From NCBI GenBank assembly GCA_963845755.1, contig CAWJTV010000018.1, forward strand, positions 72,704 to 136,703: a stretch of DNA of 64,000 nt, read 5' to 3'. A program made the translations under genes and the position numbers. Source of the DNA: an uncultured Planctomycetota bacterium (GTDB taxonomy: Bacteria > Planctomycetota > Planctomycetia > Isosphaerales > Isosphaeraceae). Below the pieces are notes generated by a model, which was not told where the DNA came from, made no database searches, and saw nothing but the letters and a program-made list of their open reading frames with translations. Positions 9,348 through 16,971 of the stretch are shown here, in pieces. Within the stretch, counting starts at the first letter, position 1. The number at the start of each line of letters is the position of its first letter.

Positions 9348-9397
9348 ATCTAACCAGGCGATGCAGCGGACCCGGCCCGCTGAGCTTGACGTTAGGC
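9348..9397 (+). other. attC site 9 (short)
   Basis: ATCTAAC...TGCAGCGGACCCGGCCCGCTGA...GTTAGGC. Confidence 0.9.
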
Positions 9398-9408
9398 GGC
9401 TTCGAGCG

Positions 9409-9654
9409 ATGGCTCGTGAAGACGTGAAGCTCGACATCCTGCGGCTGGTCGCCCGCCATGACGGAGAGTGGTTCTGGTATCACATCGATCGCGCACTCAG
9501 CGGCGCTCGCATCGGATGCGTCGGCCCCTTCACGGCCGAGATCGGTGATTTGGAGTCCGCAGGACTGATCGAGACCCGCCCGAACTTCGCGCTTGGCGAT
9601 CAGGGGCGTTACTGGCGAACTGAGGCGGGACGCGCGGCGGTCGCGGACGCCTAA
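9409..9654 (+). CDS. Cassette 10: small winged-helix-like protein
   Basis: 81 aa; LESAGLIE...RYWRTEAGRA resembles a wHTH wing; stop in the R'' box. Confidence 0.6.
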   Translation: MAREDVKLDILRLVARHDGEWFWYHIDRALSGARIGCVGPFTAEIGDLESAGLIETRPNFALGDQGRYWRTEAGRAAVADA

Positions 9655-9746
9655 TCGGCGCGGCAGGGGACCTGAACCGCCACAGCACTTAAGGATGCGA
9701 ACGAACTCATCTCGGTGGCCCCGGACACTGGCCCAAGTGGTCATGC
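9649..9746 (+). other. Degenerate long attC site 10
   Basis: GCCTAAT...GGCAGGGGACC...GCCAC/GTGGC...GTCATGC in the expected position; both core boxes mutated. Confidence 0.55.
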
Positions 9747-9754
9747 GGCTTCCA

Positions 9755-9782
9755 TTGCTGGTCGGTCCGATCGCGGTATAAT
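9755..9782 (+). promoter_or_regulatory. Promoter of the TA cassette
   Basis: TTGCTG-16 nt-TATAAT followed by a GGAGG RBS and ATG at 9799. Confidence 0.65.
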
Positions 9783-9798
9783 GTTGGGGGAGGTGTCC

Positions 9799-10018
9799 AT
9801 GATCCAGACAGTTGAAGCGGTGGTCAACGCGACCGGCCACGTGCGATTGCTCGGCGAAGTGCGAGTCGAACGCGCCCCGTCGGGCTTTGGTGACCGTGCT
9901 CGAAGAGCCGGCCGCTGTACCCGGTGAGGCGGCGCTGCTGGCCGAGGCGGCCTTGGCCGCCGATTGGTCGAGGCCGGAGGAGGATGCCGCGTGGTCGTAC
10001 CTTCAGCCGGCGAAGTAG
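9799..10018 (+). CDS. Cassette 11 antitoxin, frameshift near 9868
   Basis: MIQTVEAVVNATGHVRLL...RRALVTVLEE...LAADWSRPEEDAAWSYLQ; the acidic W-x-x-PEEDxAW tail overlaps the toxin start. Confidence 0.7.
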
Positions 10019-10335
10019 TGCTGGTCCCGTTCCCCTTCTCGGACCTGTCGCAGTCCAAGTTGCGGCCGGCAGTCTGCCTGGCCCCCGCCGGCCGGGGCGA
10101 CTGGGTGCTCTGCCAGATCACGAGTAGTCCCTACGGCGATCCCTCGGCGGTGCCGTTGGACGCAACGGACTTCACCACGGGCGGGCTGCTGGTGGCGAGT
10201 TTCGCCCGGCCGGGTAAGCTCTTCACCGCCAGCGTCGGCCTCATGGTGAAATCGGTCGGCATTCTTTCTCCCGCTGCGCTGGCCCGGGTACTTTCGGTGG
10301 TCGCTGCACTCTTCCAGCCACCTTCGGGGCCCTGA
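9991..10335 (+). CDS. Cassette 11 PemK/MazF-family toxin
   Basis: GEVVLVPFPFSDLSQSKLRPAV...LCQITS motif; GGAGG RBS before the GTG. Confidence 0.9.
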   Translation: MVVPSAGEVVLVPFPFSDLSQSKLRPAVCLAPAGRGDWVLCQITSSPYGDPSAVPLDATDFTTGGLLVASFARPGKLFTASVGLMVKSVGILSPAALARVLSVVAALFQPPSGP

Positions 10336-10336
10336 C

Positions 10337-10395
10337 GCCTAACGAGGCGATCCAGCGGACCCGCTGGCGCGGGCCGCTGATCTTTAACGTTAGGA
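10337..10395 (+). other. attC site 11
   Basis: GCCTAAC...TCCAGCGGACCCGC/GCGGGCCGCTGA...GTTAGGA. Confidence 0.95.
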
Positions 10396-10414
10396 AGCAA
10401 GAAAAGGGGCTGGC

Positions 10415-10750
10415 ATGAAAGCCTTCGTGGTGTCTCTCAACGGCCAACCGTTCGTGACAGCCGGGGTCGGTGATGATGGCGTCCTCGCCACAGGGCTCAG
10501 CTGGGTCGGTGGCTCCCCACCACGTCCCGTCGAGGGCCGGCTAGATTTTCGCGTGGGCGGCGTTGACGGGCGCACTGGGGAGCACATCAATTGGTCGGTC
10601 CCCGAGATCGGCGTTGGCGACGAGATCACGATCAAGGTCATCGAGACGGCTCAGGTGACGCCTGAAGACGAGCGCTACCGCTTCGACGAGTCGAACTGCC
10701 ATATCGGCGTCAGGGGCGAAGAGACCGAGGCGGGAGAAGAGGAGCCTTGA
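10415..10750 (+). CDS. Cassette 12: hypothetical beta-rich protein (no attC of its own)
   Basis: 111 aa ORF directly after attC11; IS110 copy 2 begins 4 nt after its stop. Confidence 0.7.
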   Translation: MKAFVVSLNGQPFVTAGVGDDGVLATGLSWVGGSPPRPVEGRLDFRVGGVDGRTGEHINWSVPEIGVGDEITIKVIETAQVTPEDERYRFDESNCHIGVRGEETEAGEEEP

Positions 10751-10754
10751 GTTC

Positions 10755-12323
10755 TTCTATGAAACCGCTGAAGTCAAGCCCCCCGACTGATTCTTTCCGG
10801 GCGCCCCGCGGGCGCGGACAGCGATCGCTCCGAGTCCGACAGCGTGTGTCCTGGCTCCCCGCAAACGGGGAGCCAGGACACACGCTGTTTCTCGTTCTCC
10901 AGGCAACGCCGGTGGTCCTGCGATCGGCACACTCCTTCCTCTTGCGAAAGAACTCCCGGGACCGCGGCTGGTGGCTTCGTCACGCGCGTCGCGCCTGCCA
11001 GGAGGCCACGACCACCTTCTCTCCGTGTCGGTCCTCATTCCAGGGACCGAGCACCCGTTACTCTGTTCGTCCGCGGACAACTCCGAAGCCAGGTGTGGGG
11101 ACAAACCCATCTAACTCACGGTCGGCTGCCGCCGACCAGGCGCTTTCCGCCCCCTCGGGGACCTCGCCCTGTTCCAGGTATCGCCACAGCGCGATCAATA
11201 ACTTGCGGGCCAGGGCCACAATCTCCACCTTCGCGCCGCGCGTTGCCCTCGCCGAACCGACGCTGATACCACTGGCTCAAGGCGCTGTGGGGCTGCCAGT
11301 GCAGCCAGCCCCAGGCGATCTCCACCGCCATCCACCGCAGACGACAGTTCCCCGCCTTGCTGATCCCTTGCTCGCGCTGACTGTCGCCACAGGCGCACGG
11401 CGTCGAGGCCAAGCCGGCGAGGCTCGCCAGCTCGCGGCGGTTCTGGATCTGCCGCCAGCCGAAGAACTCGCGGACGAACCGCGTCGCGCTCATCGGACCG
11501 ATCGCCTTGAGGTTCAGCAGCAGCCGCAGCTTCTCGACGTCGGCCGTCGCGTCGTCGCGGAAGGCACGCCGCTGGGCGTTCTCCAGGTCGCGCGCCTGGC
11601 GGTCCACCAAAGTCCAGCGGTCGAACTCGCGGCGGATGCGGGCACTCAGCTCGGCCGGGACCGGCCTCCCATCCCATTGGCGAAGTTGGCCGAGGCGTTC
11701 CGGCAACGGGTCATCGGCCTCGACGTCAAGGCCGAGGTTGGCGAGCAGGCCTTTGATGCGATGGGAGTGCTCGGTGCGCTGACCCTTGAGGGCGATCAGC
11801 TCGCGATGGGGCTGGCGGCGATCTCCGTCGTCGGGCGTGGGGATGCAGACGATGCTCCAGAGCTTGTGCTCGCCGCCGTGATAACGGATCAACATCGTCA
11901 GGAGCTTGCCGACGTCGAGCCGATCGCTCTTGGCGCGGCGGGCGCGGCGATTGCCCTCGATGCTGGCGTCGTCGACGACGCAGTTGGTGACGGCGTGGTG
12001 TTGGAGATCGCGATGGAGCCAGAAGCCGTCGCGGCCGGCCTCGTGGCCGGAGAGCACGGGGGCGTCGCCGGGGAGGGCGAAGCGGTCTCGGGCGCAGAGG
12101 ATCTCGCGCTGAAGGGCGTCGAGATCGCGAGCGGGGATGGTGCGGAGCCGCGGCTTCTGGGCCATGGCGGTGGTGAAGGCGAGGTTCCAGGACGTCCAGC
12201 CGAGGTCGAAGGCGAGGTCGAGCGTGTTCGAGGCGGCGGTGGTAGGATGAAGGTCGTGGGTCGCTGACATGGTAAAACTCCGAGGTTGAGAGGGATTTGG
12301 CGAAAGACCTCTTCTGAGGAGGT
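10755..12323 (-). mobile_element. IS110-family insertion sequence, copy 2
   Basis: Similar but not identical to 7731..9300 over its whole length; flanks GTTC and TAGA do not match each other. Confidence 0.9.
11058..12270 (-). CDS. IS110-family transposase/recombinase, frameshift near 11235
   Basis: Same motifs as copy 1, with several substitutions (HEAG, TPCACG). 3' end approximate. Confidence 0.85.
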
Positions 12324-12373
12324 TAGAGCGCCCCACCGTTGGGTGGCACCCACTCGAAGCCTGCTCCCGAAGA

Positions 12374-12412
12374 ACCCCCTGAACCCCCCCTGCGAAGGGG
12401 GGGTTCGGGGGT
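12374..12412. repeat. C-run/G-run palindromic REP-like element
   Basis: ACCCCCTGAACCCCCCCT-GCGA-AGGGGGGGTTCGGGGGT; related to 17224-17308. Confidence 0.7.
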
Positions 12413-12746
12413 GAGTTCGCAGCGCCTCAGGGCGTGCGCAACGCAAGAGTTAAGCGCTCTAGCTGGCGGCCCGCGGAGGTGGCTGCGTGGGCGGGTTGCT
12501 GGTGGAGCTCAACTTCAGGACCATAGTCGAGGTCTTCAAGGCAGCCTGGCGACATGACTTCCCCAATTCCCCGTGAGGTCCCCGGCGCGCAGATGTCATT
12601 GAGGTCGCCTCGCAGCCAATGCCCTCACATCCCCTCTGGGACCGCGAGATCGACGGCCGTTAGTTGTCCCGGGGTTCGACGGTCGTTATTGTAACGGGGA
12701 GAAGTCGCCTCTCACGAAGGGAGGTGACGCTCGAGAGACTGCGAAA

Positions 12747-13151
12747 ATGCATTTGGAGTTTGTCGTAGTCGGTGTTCCCATCTCAAACCAGTCGGCAGGA
12801 ACTGCCGCCCTTCAAGCCTGGCGGACGGCGGTAGAGACCGAAGTAAAGAAGAACTGGACTGGTACTCCACTGACCGGCAGGCTGAAGGCGGTTATCATCA
12901 ACTTTCACACGGGTGATAAGCCATCCCTCGACCTCGACAACATGACGAAACCGATACTGGACGTCATGCAGCAAATCGTCTACGACGATGACCGCCAGGT
13001 TCGGCAGGCCGAACTCACACACGTCCGGATCGACGCGCCGTTCGTCTTCGTCGGGGCCTCGAAACTTATCGTGGCCGCCGTGCAAGCCGGTAATGAGTTT
13101 GTGTACGTGAGAATAGAGGACCCGATCGATCCATTCCCATTACCGACGTGA
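12747..13151 (+). CDS. Cassette 13 gene A: RusA-like endonuclease
   Basis: EFVVVGVPIS N-terminus and DLDNMTKPILDVM...YDDDRQV, matching the RusA motif DxDNxxKxxxD...DD. Confidence 0.8.
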   Translation: MHLEFVVVGVPISNQSAGTAALQAWRTAVETEVKKNWTGTPLTGRLKAVIINFHTGDKPSLDLDNMTKPILDVMQQIVYDDDRQVRQAELTHVRIDAPFVFVGASKLIVAAVQAGNEFVYVRIEDPIDPFPLPT

Positions 13152-13155
13152 TACC

Positions 13156-13839
13156 ATGGATTACGAACAAGAGTTGAATCGTTTGGCAGACATTTATCGA
13201 GGTCACGGCTACGACGTGACCGTCCGGCCTGGCCCGGATCAATTGCCTCCGTTCGCCAGAGATTTCAGGGTGGAAATCCTCGGCCGCCGCGGAGCCGAGG
13301 GTGTGCTCGTTGCAGTCAGGAGAAACCGCGACGAAGTTGCAGCCGACAGCGACATGCAGCGGTATGCTGAGACCACGGGAGCTCAGCCTGGGTGGCGATT
13401 CGATTTCGCCATTCTCGAGTCGGAGCAGCCGAATGCCAGAGAGGTGCGGGGAGCGAAGGAGCTTTCGCAGGACGACATCAACAAGTCACTTGAACAGGCA
13501 CGGGAACTCAGCCGAATGGGCTTCACAGGGTTTGCGGTCGTCGCAGCTTGGGCCACGTTGGAAGCGGCCATGCGGATGCGGCTCCGGGCTCTCGGACAGG
13601 AAGCGGGTTGGGGAAGCATCCCCAGGCAGATGACAAGAGAACTCTATTCCGCAGGCGCGTTATCCCCAGACGAATTCCGTCGAATTGAGAGCGCGTCCCA
13701 GCTCAGGAACCAGATCGTTCACGGCTTCGCGTCGCAGCCCGCTGAGCCAGGCGATTCTGAGGCTGCGATGGTCGAAGTTCTGAGCGGCGTCGCTCATCGC
13801 CTCGTTAATGAATCCCAACCCGCAGCGCAATCCACTTGA
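13156..13839 (+). CDS. Cassette 13 gene B: REase-like (AHJR-like) N-terminus fused to a HEPN-like domain
   Basis: N-terminal LADIYRGHGYDV...VLVAVR...GWRFDF; helical C-terminus AWATLEAAMR...LRNQIVHG with an RxxxxH motif. Confidence 0.65.
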   Translation: MDYEQELNRLADIYRGHGYDVTVRPGPDQLPPFARDFRVEILGRRGAEGVLVAVRRNRDEVAADSDMQRYAETTGAQPGWRFDFAILESEQPNAREVRGAKELSQDDINKSLEQARELSRMGFTGFAVVAAWATLEAAMRMRLRALGQEAGWGSIPRQMTRELYSAGALSPDEFRRIESASQLRNQIVHGFASQPAEPGDSEAAMVEVLSGVAHRLVNESQPAAQST

Positions 13840-13853
13840 GCCGACTACCTATC

Positions 13854-13911
13854 GGCTAACCCGCGGTTGCAGCGGACCCGCTGCGCGGGCCGCTGAACCT
13901 GGGCGTTAGCC
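13854..13911 (+). other. attC site 12
   Basis: GGCTAAC...GTTAGCC. Confidence 0.95.
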
Positions 13912-13928
13912 GGCGGGGGAACGTAATC

Positions 13929-14243
13929 ATGAAAGCGATCTCGTCCGTGCTGCTCATCCTGGCAGTCGCCTGCTCCGGCACGGGGCAAGAGCCGGAGGAC
14001 GGCTACGTCCCGGACGATGGATTCGTCCCAAGCAAGGAAGTTGCTATCAAGATTGCCGTCGCGGTCTGGGAGCCGATCTACGGCGCGGAGAAAATCGCCA
14101 AGGAGAAGCCCTACCGTGCGACCCTGGCCGACGGCGTTTGGACCGTCGAGGGATCGCTATCGAAGGGCAGCAACGGCGGTGTGGCCCTCGCCAGGATCGC
14201 GAAGAAGGACGGCCGCATCCTTCGCGTCACCCACGGCAAGTGA
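13929..14243 (+). CDS. Cassette 14: NTF2-fold immunity protein (YbbC/YhhH-like) with signal peptide
   Basis: GFVPSKEVAIKIAVAVWEPIYG...KPY...WTVEGSL...GGV...IAKKDGRILRVTHGK signature. Confidence 0.8.
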   Translation: MKAISSVLLILAVACSGTGQEPEDGYVPDDGFVPSKEVAIKIAVAVWEPIYGAEKIAKEKPYRATLADGVWTVEGSLSKGSNGGVALARIAKKDGRILRVTHGK

Positions 14244-14272
14244 CTCTGAACCGGGGCGCCATCGAGGGTCGC

Positions 14273-14329
14273 GCCTAGCCTTGCGATGCAGCGGACCCGC
14301 TTTGCGGGCCGCTGAGCTTTGTGTGAGGT
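14273..14329 (+). other. attC site 13 (both core boxes mutated)
   Basis: GCCTAGC...TGCAGCGGACCCGC/GCGGGCCGCTGA...GTGAGGT. Confidence 0.85.
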
Positions 14330-14335
14330 GGCGTA

Positions 14336-14683
14336 GTGAGAGCGTCCACGCGACAACGTGACCATGGACTCCCGCTCGTCCTTCGTTGGTCGCGGGACGT
14401 CCTGGGAGCGTTCGTCACTCTGGTAGCCCTCGTGTTCACGACCCGGAACTGGGGGACGCCAGCGGCGGCAGTCAACTGCGCCCTCGCTGTCGCCGGGGCC
14501 GTCGGGCTCCGGCTGCGATCGTGGCCGGTCCTCGCAGCCTTGTCTGGTGCGTATCTCGGCGCCATCGCGGGGACCTCCATGGGGGACTCGGCGGTAAACG
14601 CGCCGGTTCATGGTCTGTTGCTCGCCATCTGCGGGACGGTTGTGGGATATGGCTTTCAAATGATGGAGCGGGGACCGGCCTAA
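14336..14683 (+). CDS. Cassette 15: small membrane protein
   Basis: Hydrophobic 115 aa ORF ending in the R'' box; start uncertain. Confidence 0.6.
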   Translation: MRASTRQRDHGLPLVLRWSRDVLGAFVTLVALVFTTRNWGTPAAAVNCALAVAGAVGLRLRSWPVLAALSGAYLGAIAGTSMGDSAVNAPVHGLLLAICGTVVGYGFQMMERGPA

Positions 14684-14736
14684 CGAAGCATGGCAGCAGC
14701 CCCACTGCGCGGGGCCGCTGATCCTGGGCGTTAGGC
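14678..14736 (+). other. attC site 14
   Basis: GCCTAAC...GGCAGCAGCCCC/GGGGCCGCTGA...GTTAGGC. Confidence 0.9.
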
Positions 14737-14758
14737 GGCGGAAGGGGAGGGTTTGGGG

Positions 14759-15397
14759 ATGCGTTCGTTCTGGGGCGAGTTCGTTCGCGCGCGTGCCTTC
14801 TGGGTGAGCTACGTCAGCGCGGGGGTGGATTTCGTCGGTTGCGGCAGCCTCCAGGCTGACCAACGGCTGCTCTGGGAGGAGCCGACGTGCGGGGCGACGC
14901 TGATGTTCCGCTTCCCCGACTCCCACCGGCTGCGCCTGGATGTTGCGGCGGGGGAGCATAAGCTGCAACTGCTGCACCCCGACTACGACGAGCCGCAACT
15001 TGTTGGCACGATGGACTGTCACCAGATGAGCGATCTCTTCCGGTGGGACGAGTTCCGGGCGGTCACCCGGCACCTGGCCACGACTTCCGGCCCGACGTCG
15101 GCGCACGAACTGTTGCTGAGTTTCTACGTCGCCGTCACCGAGGATTGTGCGGATGAGCATGCGGTGGTGCTGCGGCGGACCCTGGAAGCGTCGGAGGTAT
15201 TTGCCGTCCCGGAAATCGAGCATATCTTGGCCTATACGCGTCGGGTTGCGGTGCGTCGGGATTTCCGATGGGTCCACACCCCGGGGTTGGGGTGGCTGGC
15301 AGAGGGCCGCGACACCTACTGCATGCGGCACACGCGGGGTGAGCTCGACTTCGATCGGTTCAGCCGGTTCCTGGGAGCGCTGGCCAGCGACGCGTGA
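14759..15397 (+). CDS. Cassette 16: hypothetical protein, possibly immunity-protein-like (Imm19-like, weak)
   Basis: GGAGG RBS and fills the cassette; H...FRWDEF, LLL and W...GW...Y-x-x-R motifs loosely recall Imm19. Confidence 0.55.
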   Translation: MRSFWGEFVRARAFWVSYVSAGVDFVGCGSLQADQRLLWEEPTCGATLMFRFPDSHRLRLDVAAGEHKLQLLHPDYDEPQLVGTMDCHQMSDLFRWDEFRAVTRHLATTSGPTSAHELLLSFYVAVTEDCADEHAVVLRRTLEASEVFAVPEIEHILAYTRRVAVRRDFRWVHTPGLGWLAEGRDTYCMRHTRGELDFDRFSRFLGALASDA

Positions 15398-15491
15398 CCT
15401 GCGCTGCAACGGAACCGGACCGCGGCTGCGGCTTTCTGGTAGAATCGAGGCAGATGCTCGGCGGGCCGGGCTGTTGAGCTTGTTGTTACGC
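15392..15491 (+). other. attC site 15 (long, divergent type)
   Basis: GCGTGAC...TGCAACGGAACCGG...CCGGGCTGTTGA...GTTACGC. Confidence 0.7.
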
Positions 15492-15553
15492 GGCGGCCAA
15501 TCTACCGACAGTGGTGATGTCGCGGGGGACCACGCCTGCAGTCGGGGGCTACT

Positions 15554-15901
15554 ATGCAAGAATTCGGGCCCTACTTCCTTCTTGCCTCAATGCTCGGTTC
15601 GCTCCTCGCTCCTCTCCTCATCGGAATCTTACCGAGGGAGGCAGCCAGGCGTGTGGTGGTATGGGCTCTCCGCATCTTGGTCCCGACCTTCCTCGTAAGT
15701 TTCATCTCGCTCGCGGCACAAGGGGATCGAGGCTTCCTCAGCAACTCGCAATCCGTGCTAACGGGCTCCGTCTTCTTGATCCTGTCCGTAGGCCTCGGCT
15801 ACTTCGTATCATGGCTGCGTCACACATTGTCGAGCCGAGGTATTCAAGGCTCCCGGGGTGGGAAAATCAAGGCGGGACTATTGGACGATGAATTGGCCTG
15901 A
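15554..15901 (+). CDS. Cassette 17: three-TM membrane protein
   Basis: Three hydrophobic segments; stop in the next R''-like box. Confidence 0.65.
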   Translation: MQEFGPYFLLASMLGSLLAPLLIGILPREAARRVVVWALRILVPTFLVSFISLAAQGDRGFLSNSQSVLTGSVFLILSVGLGYFVSWLRHTLSSRGIQGSRGGKIKAGLLDDELA

Positions 15902-15943
15902 CCTGCGGTTGCAGCGGGCCGCTGCAACCTTCACGATTGGAGG
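15896..15943 (+). other. Collapsed or degenerate attC site 16
   Basis: GCCTGAC followed by the hairpin GGTTGCAGCGG-G-CCGCTGCAACC; no clear R' box. Confidence 0.55.
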
Positions 15944-15951
15944 CTCTCTCG

Positions 15952-16215
15952 ATGGTCCGTCAACTCTTCACTGTCGAGGATGTCTTCACGATCCGTCAGC
16001 GTGGCACCATCCTCGTGCCGGGAATCGTGCCCGAGGGCGATGAGTGGTTCCATATCGGCGACGGCTTGTGCCTGCGCCGCCCCGATGGGTCGGAAGTTCG
16101 GACGGCGATCGATGGCATCGACTTCTTCAACGTCAGCGAGCACGGTGCTTACGCGATCGTGGTGCCCTTACCTGCATCCGATGTGCCACTTGGCATCGAG
16201 GTCTGGTCGGCATAG
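15952..16215 (+). CDS. Cassette 18: stand-alone EF-Tu domain 2-like protein
   Basis: GGAGG RBS; FTVEDVFTIRQRGTILV...IGD...TAIDGIDFF aligns with EF-Tu LPIEDVFSISGRGTVVT...VGE...STCTGVEMF. Confidence 0.7.
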   Translation: MVRQLFTVEDVFTIRQRGTILVPGIVPEGDEWFHIGDGLCLRRPDGSEVRTAIDGIDFFNVSEHGAYAIVVPLPASDVPLGIEVWSA

Positions 16216-16221
16216 GCTGGA

Positions 16222-16282
16222 GCCCAACAATTGGTTGCAGCCGACGCGCCTGTCGGCGGGCCGCTGAACCTTCGCGTTAGGC
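16222..16282 (+). other. attC site 17
   Basis: GCCCAAC...TTGCAGCCG...GGGCCGCTGA...GTTAGGC. Confidence 0.9.
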
Positions 16283-16333
16283 GGTGGGAGTCTTGGAGCA
16301 TCCTTGAGGCGCTGGTGTCGATCGAGGGGTCAT

Positions 16334-16876
16334 ATGCCTTCATCCGTCCGCGGCCTGCTGGGGGCTGTCCCCGTCGTGATGATCGGTTGCCTCGCCATCC
16401 GGGGCGCTGCTCTGCCGGCTCCCTGGGTCATCACGACCGCGGCGTTCTTGTTCGGCCTCCCCGCATTACTCAGTCCCTCGGCTCGGCCCGAGTGGCGATC
16501 CGCCTTGATTGCGTTCGCCTGGGCCGGCTCGCTTTACCTCGTGCTGTGCTTCGGCCCCGGCCTCGACCTGTGCGAACTCGAGTACCTCCCCTCCACGGCG
16601 GCACTCAATCGCCTCTTCCCGGTGATATTCACAGAAGGCTATCTCCAAGACCTGGCGGTCGAGCGTGAAGGCTGCACTTGCGACCGATGTGTCACTGATG
16701 TCCGGGACGGCCTCCGTAGCGGATTTCTCCAGGCAGGCCACATCGTCACCGCGTTGCTCGCGGCGGCACTCTCTGGGCTGGCAGCTTGGGCGCTGTCATC
16801 GTATCGTGGGGTGGGCGTACGAAAAGAGGCCCGGCCTAACCCACGGTTGCAGCGGACCCCTGCCGCGGGCCGCTGA
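16334..16876 (+). CDS. Cassette 19: multi-TM membrane protein
   Basis: GAGG RBS, four hydrophobic segments, reads into attC18. Confidence 0.65.
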   Translation: MPSSVRGLLGAVPVVMIGCLAIRGAALPAPWVITTAAFLFGLPALLSPSARPEWRSALIAFAWAGSLYLVLCFGPGLDLCELEYLPSTAALNRLFPVIFTEGYLQDLAVEREGCTCDRCVTDVRDGLRSGFLQAGHIVTALLAAALSGLAAWALSSYRGVGVRKEARPNPRLQRTPAAGR

Positions 16877-16891
16877 CCTCGAGCATTAGGC
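16834..16891 (+). other. attC site 18 (R' ATTAGGC)
   Basis: GCCTAAC...TTGCAGCGGACCC/GGGCCGCTGA...ATTAGGC. Confidence 0.85.
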
Positions 16892-16971
16892 CGACCGTCG
16901 CTGGGCCGTGGTGTTGCGTCCGCCTGACGCCACCGTTACGCTGGGGCCGCGTGAGTCGGTGGGCGACGGCG

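Noticed and set aside
8200..11245. Programmed frameshift in the IS110 transposases, since both copies shift at the same place
   Set aside because: The two lesions differ, sit in a GCG/CGG tract with no slippery motif, and similar indels occur throughout the window.
7823..12267. Long plus-strand ORFs 7823..9244 and 10747..12267
   Set aside because: Antisense shadows of the IS110 transposases in GC-rich DNA.
7731..12323. IS elements as attC-targeting IS1111-attC type
   Set aside because: Copy 1 lies inside a gene about 45 bp from an intact attC, and no split attC halves flank either copy.
4189..16891. Regularly recurring ~60 bp repeat read as a CRISPR array
   Set aside because: The intervals are gene-sized ORFs, the repeats have attC R/L box structure, and no cas genes are present.
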